This document shows, piece after piece, positions 46,714 to 56,036 of a stretch of DNA of 64,000 nucleotides. Under the pieces are notes generated by a model. That model was not told the DNA's origin, did not search any database, and saw only the letters and a list, made by a program, of their open reading frames with translations. Source of the DNA: a virus (Duplodnaviria > Caudoviricetes); the IMG/VR virus record IMGVR_UViG_3300038608_000011, positions 13,678 through 77,677 of that record; one strand, given 5' to 3'. Every line of letters begins with the position of its first letter. Positions within the stretch are counted from its first letter, which is position 1. Both the position numbers and the translations under genes were made by a program.

Positions 46714-47375
46714 CTTCCGCAAGACCCCACAACACTACAGTTTGGGAAGTTAGGACATCCAGCATGCAGATAGGAGAACGCATCAGAGTATCTTTTATCT
46801 AAGACCAAGGCTTTATTACTCCCTATTGATGCTAAATGTATTGTCAGTCCACACTTATGCAGCCAATGGGCTAAATTCTCATATGAATACTCATCTATAT
46901 CCGGGGAAACTTTAGCAAGCTGTTTGTAGAAGTCCACATGACTTGCCTCTTGATCTATCACAATACCTTTTATTTTTGAAATTATTGGTTGGGAAGCTGC
47001 ACTTGGATAAAGTTGCTTATTGTAAATGCCATTATCTTTCTCCTCCCATATCATATCTGTTTCGATTGCTTGTGCATCTGCACGGGTCAGTTTCTCAGCT
47101 ACCTTCGTCACGACTAACTCTTTACCGTCATGAAAATCTTTGTTCAATTGTGAGCAAGAACTTTTACCACTTACACAATGACTGAATCTGCTACCTTTAC
47201 CCATCCCAATATATCTTAGTACACCATCAACGTGACAAACATATACATAGTATATATTCTGGTGTTCTGGAGAAACAGGTGTTTGCATTTTAATCCTTTC
47301 TTCTTCGGTTGTCCTGCGGTCAGGACGTTTTATTTTTCGTTTAGTTGGGTCCATAAAATCTTTACTAATTTTCAT
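46710..47375 (-). CDS. GIY-YIG endonuclease
   Basis: YYVYVCHVDGVLRYIGMGKGSR...ADAQAIETDMI...GIYN. Confidence 0.8.
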   Translation of the reverse strand: MKISKDFMDPTKRKIKRPDRRTTEEERIKMQTPVSPEHQNIYYVYVCHVDGVLRYIGMGKGSRFSHCVSGKSSCSQLNKDFHDGKELVVTKVAEKLTRADAQAIETDMIWEEKDNGIYNKQLYPSAASQPIISKIKGIVIDQEASHVDFYKQLAKVSPDIDEYSYENLAHWLHKCGLTIHLASIGSNKALVLDKRYSDAFSYLHAGCPNFPNCSVVGSCGR

Positions 47376-47382
47376 ATTCATC

Positions 47383-47865
47383 CTAAAAAGGTAGCTGAGA
47401 ATCATCCCAGTCATCAACTGGCTGGTAAGTGTGTGCCTTTGGCACTTGTACAGGCTTAACTACTACTTTCTCCACGTATTTAGGCTTTTCTTCCTCAATC
47501 AATTTGAAGTCTGTAACACTACCTTCCCACAGCACCAAATCAGAATGTACTTTATAATAAAACCATCTCCACTGTCCAGTGTCAGGTTTTAGCTTCTTAC
47601 CTTCCAAAACACCATGATCTAGAAACGATCTTAGGATTGTCCCAGCTGCTTTATACTCTACACCACAACATTGAGCTATTGTCGCTTGAGCTTCATAATG
47701 TTGACCTTTTAAGGTTTCAGTAAAAAACTCATTCTTACTGAGCATGTAGGCATAAATAATCTTACCGCTTGCAGTAAGCTTTATAGCTTCGCCTGTTGTC
47801 CTGCTGATATACCCATCTGCCATTGCTAGGCTTTTGGGTAATTTATAGAATTCGTCTATGTTCAC
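47383..47865 (-). CDS. HTH DNA-binding protein, replication initiator-like
   Basis: FYKLPKSL, KIIYAYM, QATIAQCCG (HTH); acidic tail DDWDDSQLPF. Confidence 0.6.
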   Translation of the reverse strand: MNIDEFYKLPKSLAMADGYISRTTGEAIKLTASGKIIYAYMLSKNEFFTETLKGQHYEAQATIAQCCGVEYKAAGTILRSFLDHGVLEGKKLKPDTGQWRWFYYKVHSDLVLWEGSVTDFKLIEEEKPKYVEKVVVKPVQVPKAHTYQPVDDWDDSQLPF

Positions 47866-48236
47866 ATTTTGTACCTTAGTTATTTAAGTGTTTTTGAATC
47901 TAGAGTTTTTATGTATCTGTTTGTTATTTATTCATATCTTGAATCTCCTTTAACTTGAACATGCACTTCAGGATAAAAGATTGTCGGCTCATCTCACCAC
48001 GATTCTCATCAATCCAAGAAAGCAGTGGTCGAGGGATAATCAAACTCATTTTGTCACTCCTACTTAATTTATCTCATAGGTATAGGTCAATTTGTCCCAT
48101 ACACGGTTCTTTCTTCTTCACTTCGTTCTTGCACCAACAAATGATAAAAGAACAAAAGCCTTTGCACTCAGTAAAATCAAAATCTTGCTGGATACCGCAA
48201 ATCTACGCCCTAAAGGGCTGTTTGTCTAGTGTGGGT

Positions 48237-48353
48237 CATTTTATCCTATAAAGCTTTTAAAATCTATATTTTCTTTCTATTTTAATCATTCTATATAATG
48301 AGACATTTTATCCTATACATATGACCTCAAATGTCCTATACATATGGGATAAA
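48237..48353. repeat. iteron-like repeats in AT-rich intergenic region (candidate origin)
   Basis: CATTTTATCCTATA at 48237 and 48304; TCCTATACATATG at 48311 and 48334; inverted GGATAAA at 48347. Confidence 0.6.
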
Positions 48354-48400
48354 TTAAGTAGCTCTTATCTCCGCCTTTATTTCTCTTAATTCATTCACTA

Positions 48401-48429
48401 AGTCTAACCCCTAAAATCCATCCTGTCAA
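48401..48429 (-). promoter_or_regulatory. sigma70 promoter (leftward of divergent pair)
   Basis: TTGACA-17-TAGACT. Confidence 0.75.
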
Positions 48430-48472
48430 CCACTTTATGCCAAACAAATCTAAATAAATTTTCAACATCTAG

Positions 48473-48501
48473 TTGACATCCTACCAAACACATGCGACAA
48501 T
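48473..48501 (+). promoter_or_regulatory. sigma70 promoter (rightward of divergent pair)
   Basis: TTGACA-17-GACAAT. Confidence 0.65.
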
Positions 48502-48567
48502 CTGTTCACTGTCCCTTTAACCTAAACGTGGGGTGAAATTTAATTGAACGGGGAGGGGTTGAGAGAA

Positions 48568-49194
48568 ATGAAATTGTTATATGGGTTTGGTATTAACGAT
48601 GCTAATTATGTTGTGCAAGTAAAAGAAACAATAGGTTATGTTGAGGGTGAACGCAGGCAGCGGTCAATATGGAGATGTCACTTCTACCAGAAGTGGGTGA
48701 GTATGCTAGAGCGTTGTTATAGCAAGAAGTACCAAGAAAGATCCCCCACTTATATAGGTTGCACTGTATGCGAAGACTGGTTAACTTTTTCTAATTTTAA
48801 AGTTTGGATGGAAAAACAAGATTGGGAAGACAAACAATTGGACAAGGACATACTGTTTCCTGGGAATAAGGAATATGGCCCAGAGACTTGTGTGTTTGTT
48901 AGTCAACAAGTCAACTCGTTTGTCATAGACAGAGCACCGGGTAGAGGTAATTGGCCAACTGGGGTGAGTTGGAACAAGGCAATGCAGAAATTCAAGGCCT
49001 CGTGTTGTAATCCCTTCACTAGAAAGCAAGAACATCTTGGCTACTTTGCACGTCCTGATGAAGCACATCAAGTCTGGTTGACACGTAAACGCGAGCTTGT
49101 TAAAATGCTGGCTGAAGAGCAGAGTGACTCAAGGGTATCAAAAGCTTTGCTTGAGCGTTATGTAAATCCTCTTGACAACACCGTTTTTCCATAG
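48568..49194 (+). CDS. HNH homing endonuclease with AP2-like C-terminus
   Basis: GFGINDA, WVSMLERCY, LDKDIL.PGNKEY.PETCVFV; paralog of 3788-4432. Confidence 0.87.
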   Translation: MKLLYGFGINDANYVVQVKETIGYVEGERRQRSIWRCHFYQKWVSMLERCYSKKYQERSPTYIGCTVCEDWLTFSNFKVWMEKQDWEDKQLDKDILFPGNKEYGPETCVFVSQQVNSFVIDRAPGRGNWPTGVSWNKAMQKFKASCCNPFTRKQEHLGYFARPDEAHQVWLTRKRELVKMLAEEQSDSRVSKALLERYVNPLDNTVFP

Positions 49195-49200
49195 TATACT
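49172..49200 (+). promoter_or_regulatory. sigma70 promoter
   Basis: TTGACA-17-TATACT. Confidence 0.85.
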
Positions 49201-49234
49201 GTTTGTACATGACTTAACAAAAGGAGAGAAGAGG

Positions 49235-49588
49235 ATGAAAGAGATAACAAACGCATCTGAGCACTACAGCCAGCACATGGCTTGGGTATTTGATGATGGA
49301 ATCCCTGCGTGGGAGCGTTATAATGTGCAACGAGTAGTTAGTATGGCAGCTTGTATTGTTGATGGTCATCTGATTGTAGGTAATCGGCACTTCTGCCCTA
49401 TTATGCAAATGACTATTGAAAATCTCGGGATAGACCCTGAAGGTGAAATGAAGAATGGCCATCAAGGCTTTGTAGATCAATACGGTGTGTTCATGACTCG
49501 CAAGGAAGCTTGGGTTGTTGCTAAGGCAGCAGGACAGATCAAGCAAGTCTTTCAAGAAGGTGTTCTTTACTCCGAGTGCTATCTGTGA
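49235..49588 (+). CDS. conserved hypothetical phage protein
   Basis: GNRHFC, QGFVDQYGVFMTRKEAW..A...GQI; AAGGAG RBS. Confidence 0.8.
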   Translation: MKEITNASEHYSQHMAWVFDDGIPAWERYNVQRVVSMAACIVDGHLIVGNRHFCPIMQMTIENLGIDPEGEMKNGHQGFVDQYGVFMTRKEAWVVAKAAGQIKQVFQEGVLYSECYL

Positions 49589-49742
49589 AAGAACCCATTT
49601 ACCCTCTAAATAGCTGGGTAGGGTACTTAAACCACATAAAGCAATCCCTATCACGCCCTATAGAAGAACATGAAATTAAATTAGCTTTACAGAGATACAT
49701 CCACTCTGTTAAAGTAGAAGAAACGATAAAGGAGCTTAGAAA

Positions 49743-50027
49743 ATGAATAAACATTTTACATTTAAAGATGTCAGTTGGTGGGATAATCCTCCGTGTGATT
49801 GTTGTGAAAGCTGTCTGTATGATAGCTATAATTGCATATCACACGAAGAGATTTATCGGAGTCTTAGTTCTTGGACTGACATTTATCAAACTATTCTATT
49901 TGTAGTAACAGGAGTTGATCTTGATGATCGCCATACACAAGAAGCTAGTCCATACTACAACATGAATTTTGATCAACTTGAAGCAGAATGCACTAAGCTA
50001 GGAATCACTGTGGAGATAATTGAATGA
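49743..50027 (+). CDS. hypothetical protein
   Basis: CDCCESC motif; AAGGAG RBS. Confidence 0.7.
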   Translation: MNKHFTFKDVSWWDNPPCDCCESCLYDSYNCISHEEIYRSLSSWTDIYQTILFVVTGVDLDDRHTQEASPYYNMNFDQLEAECTKLGITVEIIE

Positions 50028-50242
50028 AAATCATCCTATACAAAAACCTGTCTTGGATGTTCTACTACATCGGAGACTTCCTTGGAAATATGCTAGACAA
50101 AGAATATTTCTCTTGGCTGTATCGCCCTTACAATTTATGTATGACACTCTCTGTTGATTTCCAAGATAAAGCTGTTAAACTAGGAACACCGTCAGAGCTG
50201 ATGCCCTGGCTTGATGAAATGAACGAGGAGTTTAAGGAGTGA
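50024..50242 (+). CDS. hypothetical protein
   Basis: ATGA coupling. Confidence 0.65.
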   Translation: MKIILYKNLSWMFYYIGDFLGNMLDKEYFSWLYRPYNLCMTLSVDFQDKAVKLGTPSELMPWLDEMNEEFKE

Positions 50243-50703
50243 TAAAATACAAGAAGGGGGATTTGATTAAAGCTGCCCTATCAGGTGAAGTTGATGTTAT
50301 CATGCATCAGTGTAACTGCTTCAATACTATGGGTAGTGGGATTGCCCCCAAGATTGCAAAAGCTTTCCCCGGTGCTTACGCTATAGACCAGTCCACAGAG
50401 AAAGGCGATGAAGGGAAGCTAGGCACCTATACAGTCAGTCATGAAAATCCCGTGTGCTCTGTTGTGAATCTCTATGGGCAATATGGGTTCTGGAAACAAG
50501 AAGGTGGTAAGATAAACACCGATTACTGTGCCTTGGCAGCCTCCCTTGAAGCAGTTGGCGACAAGTTGCGTAAATATAAACCTAATGCAAAGATAGGTCT
50601 TCCTAAGCTTGGTTGTGGTCTTGGTGGAGGTGATTGGATCATAGTTGAAGAACTTATTCAGCGTAAGCTCTACTCATTAGACGTAACAGTTTATGAGCTT
50701 TAG
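50239..50703 (+). CDS. macrodomain ADP-ribose hydrolase (DarG/TARG1-like)
   Basis: GDLI, HQCNC..TMGSGIA, VNLYGQ, LPKLGCGLGGGDW. Confidence 0.9.
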   Translation: MIKYKKGDLIKAALSGEVDVIMHQCNCFNTMGSGIAPKIAKAFPGAYAIDQSTEKGDEGKLGTYTVSHENPVCSVVNLYGQYGFWKQEGGKINTDYCALAASLEAVGDKLRKYKPNAKIGLPKLGCGLGGGDWIIVEELIQRKLYSLDVTVYEL

Positions 50704-50750
50704 CTTGACAACATCCCAAACAAATTTTAAATCAGAAGGAAGAAGAATAA

Positions 50751-51206
50751 ATGCAAAAGACGATTTTTGATACGAACATCGTAACTTTCCTAAAGGAAGT
50801 TATTAAAGCTATTCAATATGGGTATTACGCTGAAGCTAGCAATGCAGGCTATATCTCTTGTGCTCATATTTATGACATCAACCTCTACAAGAAAGAAGCT
50901 CCTGAAATTACAAAGCTTGAAATTGCAGATGTAGTGATTTATGAGCATGATGCTATGACAGCTGTATTGGCTGTACAGAATGCAGTGCTACAGGGTTATT
51001 CTCTTGATGAGGAATCTATTCTGTGGTACAATCAGGGAAGTAAGCGAATTAGGATGTATATTGAGATGCCTACTTACACTAAAGAGCAACTTGAGGAATT
51101 ATCTTGGGAAGAAGTGAAAGAAGTTGCGAAGAAACTAGGGGTAGAATTTAATCGTAGTCGCGATATTCTTACTAATAGAATTCTACAGAAACAGGATAAC
51201 TCATAA
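50751..51206 (+). CDS. hypothetical protein with C-terminal small helical domain
   Basis: YTKEQLEELSWEEVKEVAKKLG C-terminus. Confidence 0.7.
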   Translation: MQKTIFDTNIVTFLKEVIKAIQYGYYAEASNAGYISCAHIYDINLYKKEAPEITKLEIADVVIYEHDAMTAVLAVQNAVLQGYSLDEESILWYNQGSKRIRMYIEMPTYTKEQLEELSWEEVKEVAKKLGVEFNRSRDILTNRILQKQDNS

Positions 51207-51216
51207 GGAGGGTGAA

Positions 51217-52023
51217 ATGATTAAACTTCAAATTGGTTGTGTAGGACAAACTATAAAACAATTTGTATTCCCAGGTGGTGAAGTTGGTATACAACTCCAG
51301 AGCAACAGTAATGCTTCAAACGTAGCTGTTGTTAATGTTTTTGCACATTTAAAAAACAGTGATGATGTTATGTCGCTTCTCATGGCTAGTGATGCTGTCG
51401 ATAGACAGTATAATAACGCAAAGAAGAATTTGAATCTCGCGTATGTACCCTATGCCCGTCAGGATAGAGTTTGTAATGAGGGGGAGAGTCTTAGTATTTC
51501 TGTTCTAGCCAATTTAATCAACTCTTGTAATTGGAAGGAGGTAAATATTGTTGATCCGCATAGTGATGTTACGCCAGCTTTGATTAGGAATTGTAAAGTA
51601 AAAGAAAGCTATGAAGTTTTAAAAAAGAATTTGAATGATTACTATATCGTAGCCCCAGATGCAGGAGCTTATAAGAAAGCTCACAAATGGGCGCAGCAGA
51701 AACAAGCAAAAGGTGTCATAACAGCAAACAAAATACGAGATATAAGCACGGGAGAAATTAAAAACATATCTGCAAATACAGACGTAAAGAATTTGAAACT
51801 ACTTGTCGTGGACGATATACTCGATGGCGGTAAAACATTTATAGAGCTGGCTAAGTGTTTAAAGGGTTATGAAAAACTAGAATTATTTGTCACTCATGGC
51901 ATATTTAGTAAAGGAGTAAAAGAGTTGACAGATTCTTACGAACACATTTATACTACAAACTCATTTCATGGTATTGTTCCTGAAGAATTGAAACACGAAA
52001 AAATCACTTGGCTTGAAATTTAA
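51217..52023 (+). CDS. prs: ribose-phosphate pyrophosphokinase-like protein (Adps candidate)
   Basis: FPGGE, YVPYARQDR, DPHS, APDAGA, VVDDILDGGKTF, VTHG. Confidence 0.9.
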   Translation: MIKLQIGCVGQTIKQFVFPGGEVGIQLQSNSNASNVAVVNVFAHLKNSDDVMSLLMASDAVDRQYNNAKKNLNLAYVPYARQDRVCNEGESLSISVLANLINSCNWKEVNIVDPHSDVTPALIRNCKVKESYEVLKKNLNDYYIVAPDAGAYKKAHKWAQQKQAKGVITANKIRDISTGEIKNISANTDVKNLKLLVVDDILDGGKTFIELAKCLKGYEKLELFVTHGIFSKGVKELTDSYEHIYTTNSFHGIVPEELKHEKITWLEI

Positions 52024-52033
52024 GGAGAGAAGA

Positions 52034-53572
52034 ATGAAACTATATGCAGCAACTGTAACAGATGGGTATAAAGTAGGTCATGGTCCTCTGTACGCAGATG
52101 ACACTACTCAAGTGTACTCCAACCTCACCCCACGTTCAGACAAGATTTATCTGCGTAACTGCACCAAGTTTTATGACGGCATGCTTGTCTTCGTAGGCGC
52201 TCAGGGTGCGGTGCAAGAGATTCAAGAGATGTGGCAAGATAGCTTCTTTGGTGTACCGAAAGAGAAAGCCATCGGTAAGTTTGCTCGCCGTATGTCGGTG
52301 TATCTTGGTGGTAAAGTAAAAGCAGAAGACCAGCTCGCTGAGCTGCATGATTTGGGTTTTCTACCCCTGCACATCAAAGCTCTGGAAGAAGGCACTAAAG
52401 TGAAGATGGGTGTTCCTGTGCTCACCATCACCAATACCTTGCCTCCGTTCTTCTGGCTGGTGAACTATCTGGAAACTGTTCTGAGTGACCTCACTTGGAA
52501 AACTGCAACCAACGCAACCATTGCTGCGGAATACAAAGCAATCTGCAAGCATTACGCAGAAATCACTGACACCGATGACTTCACTGTCTCGATTCAATGC
52601 CACGATTTCTCGATGCGTGGTATGTCTGGCCCAGAAGATGCTGCTCGTGCTGGCTTTGCCCATCTTACAAGCTTTATTGGCACTGACACCCTACCAGCGA
52701 TGGATTATGCTGAGGATTACTACAATGCCGATCCAGATGGCTTGATTGCTATCAGTGTTGTGGCTACCGAGCATGCTGTTGCAACGAACAACATTTTGAG
52801 TATTGAGCAAGGTTTGAATCACGACCACAATACTCGTTTGGATGCTGAACTTATCTTTATGAAAGATTTGATCACTCGTAAACATCCAACAGGGATTGTG
52901 AGCTATGTTGCAGATAGCTTTGATTTTTGGAGTGTTCTAACAGATATTCTTCCTGCCCTGAAGAATACTATCCTATCACGAGGGTCTCAAGGCTTGACCC
53001 CCGGTAAGCTGGTGATCCGTCCAGACTCTGGTGATCCTGTGAAGGTTGTTTGTGGGGATGAAGAAGCTGAAGTTGGTAGCCCTGAATACAAAGGTGCAAT
53101 TGAAGTGCTGTGGGAAACCTTTGGTGGTACTATTACAGACAAAGGTTACAAGATGTTGGACAGCCACATTGGTCTAATCTATGGTGACAGTATTACTACT
53201 AAACGTGCTGAAGAAATTCTCCGTCGTTTGGTTGATAAGGGTTTTGCATCTGGTAACGTAGTTTTTGGTGTTGGCAGCTACACATATCAATGCAATACTC
53301 GTGATACATTCGGATTTGCTGTTAAGGCCACTTACAGTGTTGTGAATGGTATTCCTGTGAACATATTCAAAGACCCGAAGACAGATAGCGGGAAGAAGAG
53401 TGCGAAAGGTTTGCTGTTCGTAGGCTATAACACCGATGGTGGGATTTCACTCTATGATAACGTTAGCGAAGAAGAGGAAGCAGACGAACAGAATCGTCTG
53501 AAAACAATCTTCAAAGATGGGCAGTTCATGAAACGAACTACTCTTGATCAAATTCGTCAACGGCTCTCGTAA
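52034..53572 (+). CDS. nadV: nicotinamide phosphoribosyltransferase-like protein (Namat candidate)
   Basis: TDGYKVGH, HDFSMRG, GTDT, ATEH, DSFD, IRPDSGDP, IYGDSIT, KDPKTD. Confidence 0.93.
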   Translation: MKLYAATVTDGYKVGHGPLYADDTTQVYSNLTPRSDKIYLRNCTKFYDGMLVFVGAQGAVQEIQEMWQDSFFGVPKEKAIGKFARRMSVYLGGKVKAEDQLAELHDLGFLPLHIKALEEGTKVKMGVPVLTITNTLPPFFWLVNYLETVLSDLTWKTATNATIAAEYKAICKHYAEITDTDDFTVSIQCHDFSMRGMSGPEDAARAGFAHLTSFIGTDTLPAMDYAEDYYNADPDGLIAISVVATEHAVATNNILSIEQGLNHDHNTRLDAELIFMKDLITRKHPTGIVSYVADSFDFWSVLTDILPALKNTILSRGSQGLTPGKLVIRPDSGDPVKVVCGDEEAEVGSPEYKGAIEVLWETFGGTITDKGYKMLDSHIGLIYGDSITTKRAEEILRRLVDKGFASGNVVFGVGSYTYQCNTRDTFGFAVKATYSVVNGIPVNIFKDPKTDSGKKSAKGLLFVGYNTDGGISLYDNVSEEEEADEQNRLKTIFKDGQFMKRTTLDQIRQRLS

Positions 53573-53583
53573 GGGAGCCTCTT

Positions 53584-53892
53584 ATGACTAACACAAACAA
53601 CTCCTTTAAACAAATGCTGAACCAACTCTGTGAGAATCTATACGGAAAGGAATCATTTTACGAAGAGCAAATATACAAACTAGACTTCACTGAAGTAGCT
53701 GCTAAGTTTAATGAAGAGTTTTACAATAACGTAACAGAAATGGAGGTAGCCTTGGTAGAAGTATTTTTGACAACAGAAGCATATAAAAGGTATATTGAGG
53801 CTAGCAACATAGCAACACAGAGTATTGTGCCAGAGCTAGCAAATATGTTAAGTGTTGTAGTGTTAGATTGTAATAACAAGATGGCTAATTGA
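53584..53892 (+). CDS. hypothetical protein
   Basis: 102-aa ORF with GGAG RBS. Confidence 0.7.
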   Translation: MTNTNNSFKQMLNQLCENLYGKESFYEEQIYKLDFTEVAAKFNEEFYNNVTEMEVALVEVFLTTEAYKRYIEASNIATQSIVPELANMLSVVVLDCNNKMAN

Positions 53893-53902
53893 GGAGAGAT
53901 AA

Positions 53903-54058
53903 ATGACACAAGACGAGGCTGCAGAAAGTTTACTACGTCTAGCTTTTAGAGGAGCTTTTGAGGAAGCTAAGGAAAAGGGAAGTATAATAGATTCCAGTTT
54001 CATGGAAAATGTACTTGAAATGGCCGCATTGGTAGGCTTGATTAAATCTAACGAATAA
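53903..54058 (+). CDS. small hypothetical protein (51 aa)
   Basis: GAGGAG RBS; MTQDEAAESLLRL... Confidence 0.6.
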   Translation: MTQDEAAESLLRLAFRGAFEEAKEKGSIIDSSFMENVLEMAALVGLIKSNE

Positions 54059-54092
54059 CAGAATTAATATCAATTGAAGAAGGAATCCTATA

Positions 54093-54821
54093 ATGACTAA
54101 GCGTTCTGCTAAACAAACAGTTGAAGAGCGGTGGACCAAGAAAGAAGAGAAAGGTCGTGTAGTTAATGAGAAGTTTGCGGGAGAGGTTCGACCTCCTGTG
54201 CAAGCTAAAACAACCATCCAAAAGGAATTCCTTGCTGCACTACGAGAATATGATGTTGTGGCCTTCTCTGCGCCTGCTGGGTGTGGTAAAAGCTATTTGA
54301 CTATGTGTGAAGCTTCTGATTGGTTGAAGAAAGGATATTACGATAAAATCACTCTTAGTCGTGCAGTTATCCCAATGGGGCGAAGTCTTGGTATGCTTCC
54401 CTCTACCCTGCAACAGAAGTTTGAACCTTACCTGATGCCACTGCTTGAAGTTCTTTGGAATCGATATGGTAAAAGCTATTATGAAAATTGTCTCCATGAT
54501 GGCACAATAGAATTACTTGCTCCTGAATACGCTCGTGGCCGTAGTGTTTCAGGTATTATGGTTATTGATGAAGTTCAAAGCATGCATCCTGAAGAGCTTT
54601 ACACTATGCTTACTAGGGTTGAAGAAGGGGCGAAACTAATCCTCATCGGAGACCCAAATCAGTCAGATATTAAAGGTACAAATGGAATTGATTGGCTATG
54701 TAAATTTGTAGATAAAAACGTAGAACTTCAAAGCTACATAAAAGTAATTAAAGCAACCAGTGATGACATTGTTCGCAGTGGACTTTGCAAAGCTATGGTA
54801 AAAGCTAAAGAGAAGGAGTAA
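54093..54821 (+). CDS. phoH: PhoH-like ATPase
   Basis: APAGCGKS, LGMLP, YARGRS, IDEVQ, IGDPNQSD, DIVRSGL. Confidence 0.93.
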   Translation: MTKRSAKQTVEERWTKKEEKGRVVNEKFAGEVRPPVQAKTTIQKEFLAALREYDVVAFSAPAGCGKSYLTMCEASDWLKKGYYDKITLSRAVIPMGRSLGMLPSTLQQKFEPYLMPLLEVLWNRYGKSYYENCLHDGTIELLAPEYARGRSVSGIMVIDEVQSMHPEELYTMLTRVEEGAKLILIGDPNQSDIKGTNGIDWLCKFVDKNVELQSYIKVIKATSDDIVRSGLCKAMVKAKEKE

Positions 54822-54825
54822 TAAT

Positions 54826-55590
54826 TTGAACGAAAATAATGTATTTCCACTAATTCAACGTCCATCCCGGATTTCTACTAATTCTCAAGTGGCTCACACA
54901 CATGTCATAGAGATTATGGAGGATATTGGGGAGCCTACAGAATGGACAGAAGAGCTTAATCTTATTGACTCAGCAACAGAGCTAGACACAATTGTATTAA
55001 ACATATGCACACATGGGGGGTCTGGAGACACGGCCGCCCTGTTTAATCGTGCGTTGCGGTGCACAGCGGCACACACTGTAGCAATAATCGGGCCTTCTTG
55101 CGCGTCCGCTGGTTCAATAATTGCCCTCTCCGCAAAAGAATGGATTTTAGATGAAACAAGCTCCCTTATGTGCCATACTTCAACTTACGGGATGTTAGCA
55201 AAAGATACTGATATTTTTGAACACGCTAATTTCGCACGGAAACAGCTTCGTAGTTTATTTGAGAGTGTCTATTCAGGATTTATGAGTCCTGATGAAATTC
55301 AGGACTTGATTAAAGGAACTCCTTTGTACTTTGATGCTGAAGACCTTGAAGGGCGTCTCGATAATCTAACAGAGTACCGTAATAGTAAATCTTGCAATTG
55401 TGAAGAATGCATCCCTGACAACGACGAAGAACTAGACGAAAATATCTCCCTAGAAGAAATCATTTCAGAAATCGTAGATAAGAAGCTAGCTGAAAAGGAT
55501 AAACCTAAGAAACCATCGGCAAAACTAACAAAGTCTATGAAAGAAGCGGAAGAGATTAAAAAGAAATTTAATGAAGGAGAAGATGAATGA
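54826..55590 (+). CDS. ClpP-like (S14) protease
   Basis: ICTHGG, CASAGSII, LMCH; charged C-terminal extension. Confidence 0.85.
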   Translation: MNENNVFPLIQRPSRISTNSQVAHTHVIEIMEDIGEPTEWTEELNLIDSATELDTIVLNICTHGGSGDTAALFNRALRCTAAHTVAIIGPSCASAGSIIALSAKEWILDETSSLMCHTSTYGMLAKDTDIFEHANFARKQLRSLFESVYSGFMSPDEIQDLIKGTPLYFDAEDLEGRLDNLTEYRNSKSCNCEECIPDNDEELDENISLEEIISEIVDKKLAEKDKPKKPSAKLTKSMKEAEEIKKKFNEGEDE

Positions 55591-55787
55591 AAGATTTGTT
55601 TGCTGTAATACTTGCAATTGTGTTGATTCTTGGTGTGTTATCAGTGCCACCATTCGTAATTATGTTGGCGTGGAATATCGTAGCTGTTCCACTCTTCACC
55701 GTTAAAGTGATTACGTTCTGGCAAGCTGCTCTTGCTTACCTGTGCCTGGGTGTTGTAGGAGCTTGTTTTAAATCAGCCACAAAATAA
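55587..55787 (+). CDS. membrane protein
   Basis: Two hydrophobic helices, ITFWQAA. Confidence 0.75.
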   Translation: MKDLFAVILAIVLILGVLSVPPFVIMLAWNIVAVPLFTVKVITFWQAALAYLCLGVVGACFKSATK

Positions 55788-55790
55788 AGC

Positions 55791-55819
55791 TTGCAAACAA
55801 GAGGTGTAGCTTGTATGAT
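55791..55819 (+). promoter_or_regulatory. sigma70 promoter
   Basis: TTGCAA-17-TATGAT with TG extension. Confidence 0.75.
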
Positions 55820-55845
55820 TACACCTCAAACCTAAAGGAGGAATT

Positions 55846-56025
55846 ATGTCAAAGTCAGACGTTTGGAAAGAGAAGTACAGTAAAATAGTAAATGAGCGTG
55901 ACACTATTCTACAAGCTGTACTTAATGATCTTATGTACAATCAACCTGTTAAATATTCTCTCAGAACTAAGCTCATTAAACATTGCAATGAACGTGGTAT
56001 TGAGATTCCTGTACAAATTCAATAG
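55846..56025 (+). CDS. small hypothetical protein (59 aa)
   Basis: AGGAGG RBS; MSKSDVWKEKY... Confidence 0.65.
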   Translation: MSKSDVWKEKYSKIVNERDTILQAVLNDLMYNQPVKYSLRTKLIKHCNERGIEIPVQIQ

Positions 56026-56036
56026 GAGACTTTCTA

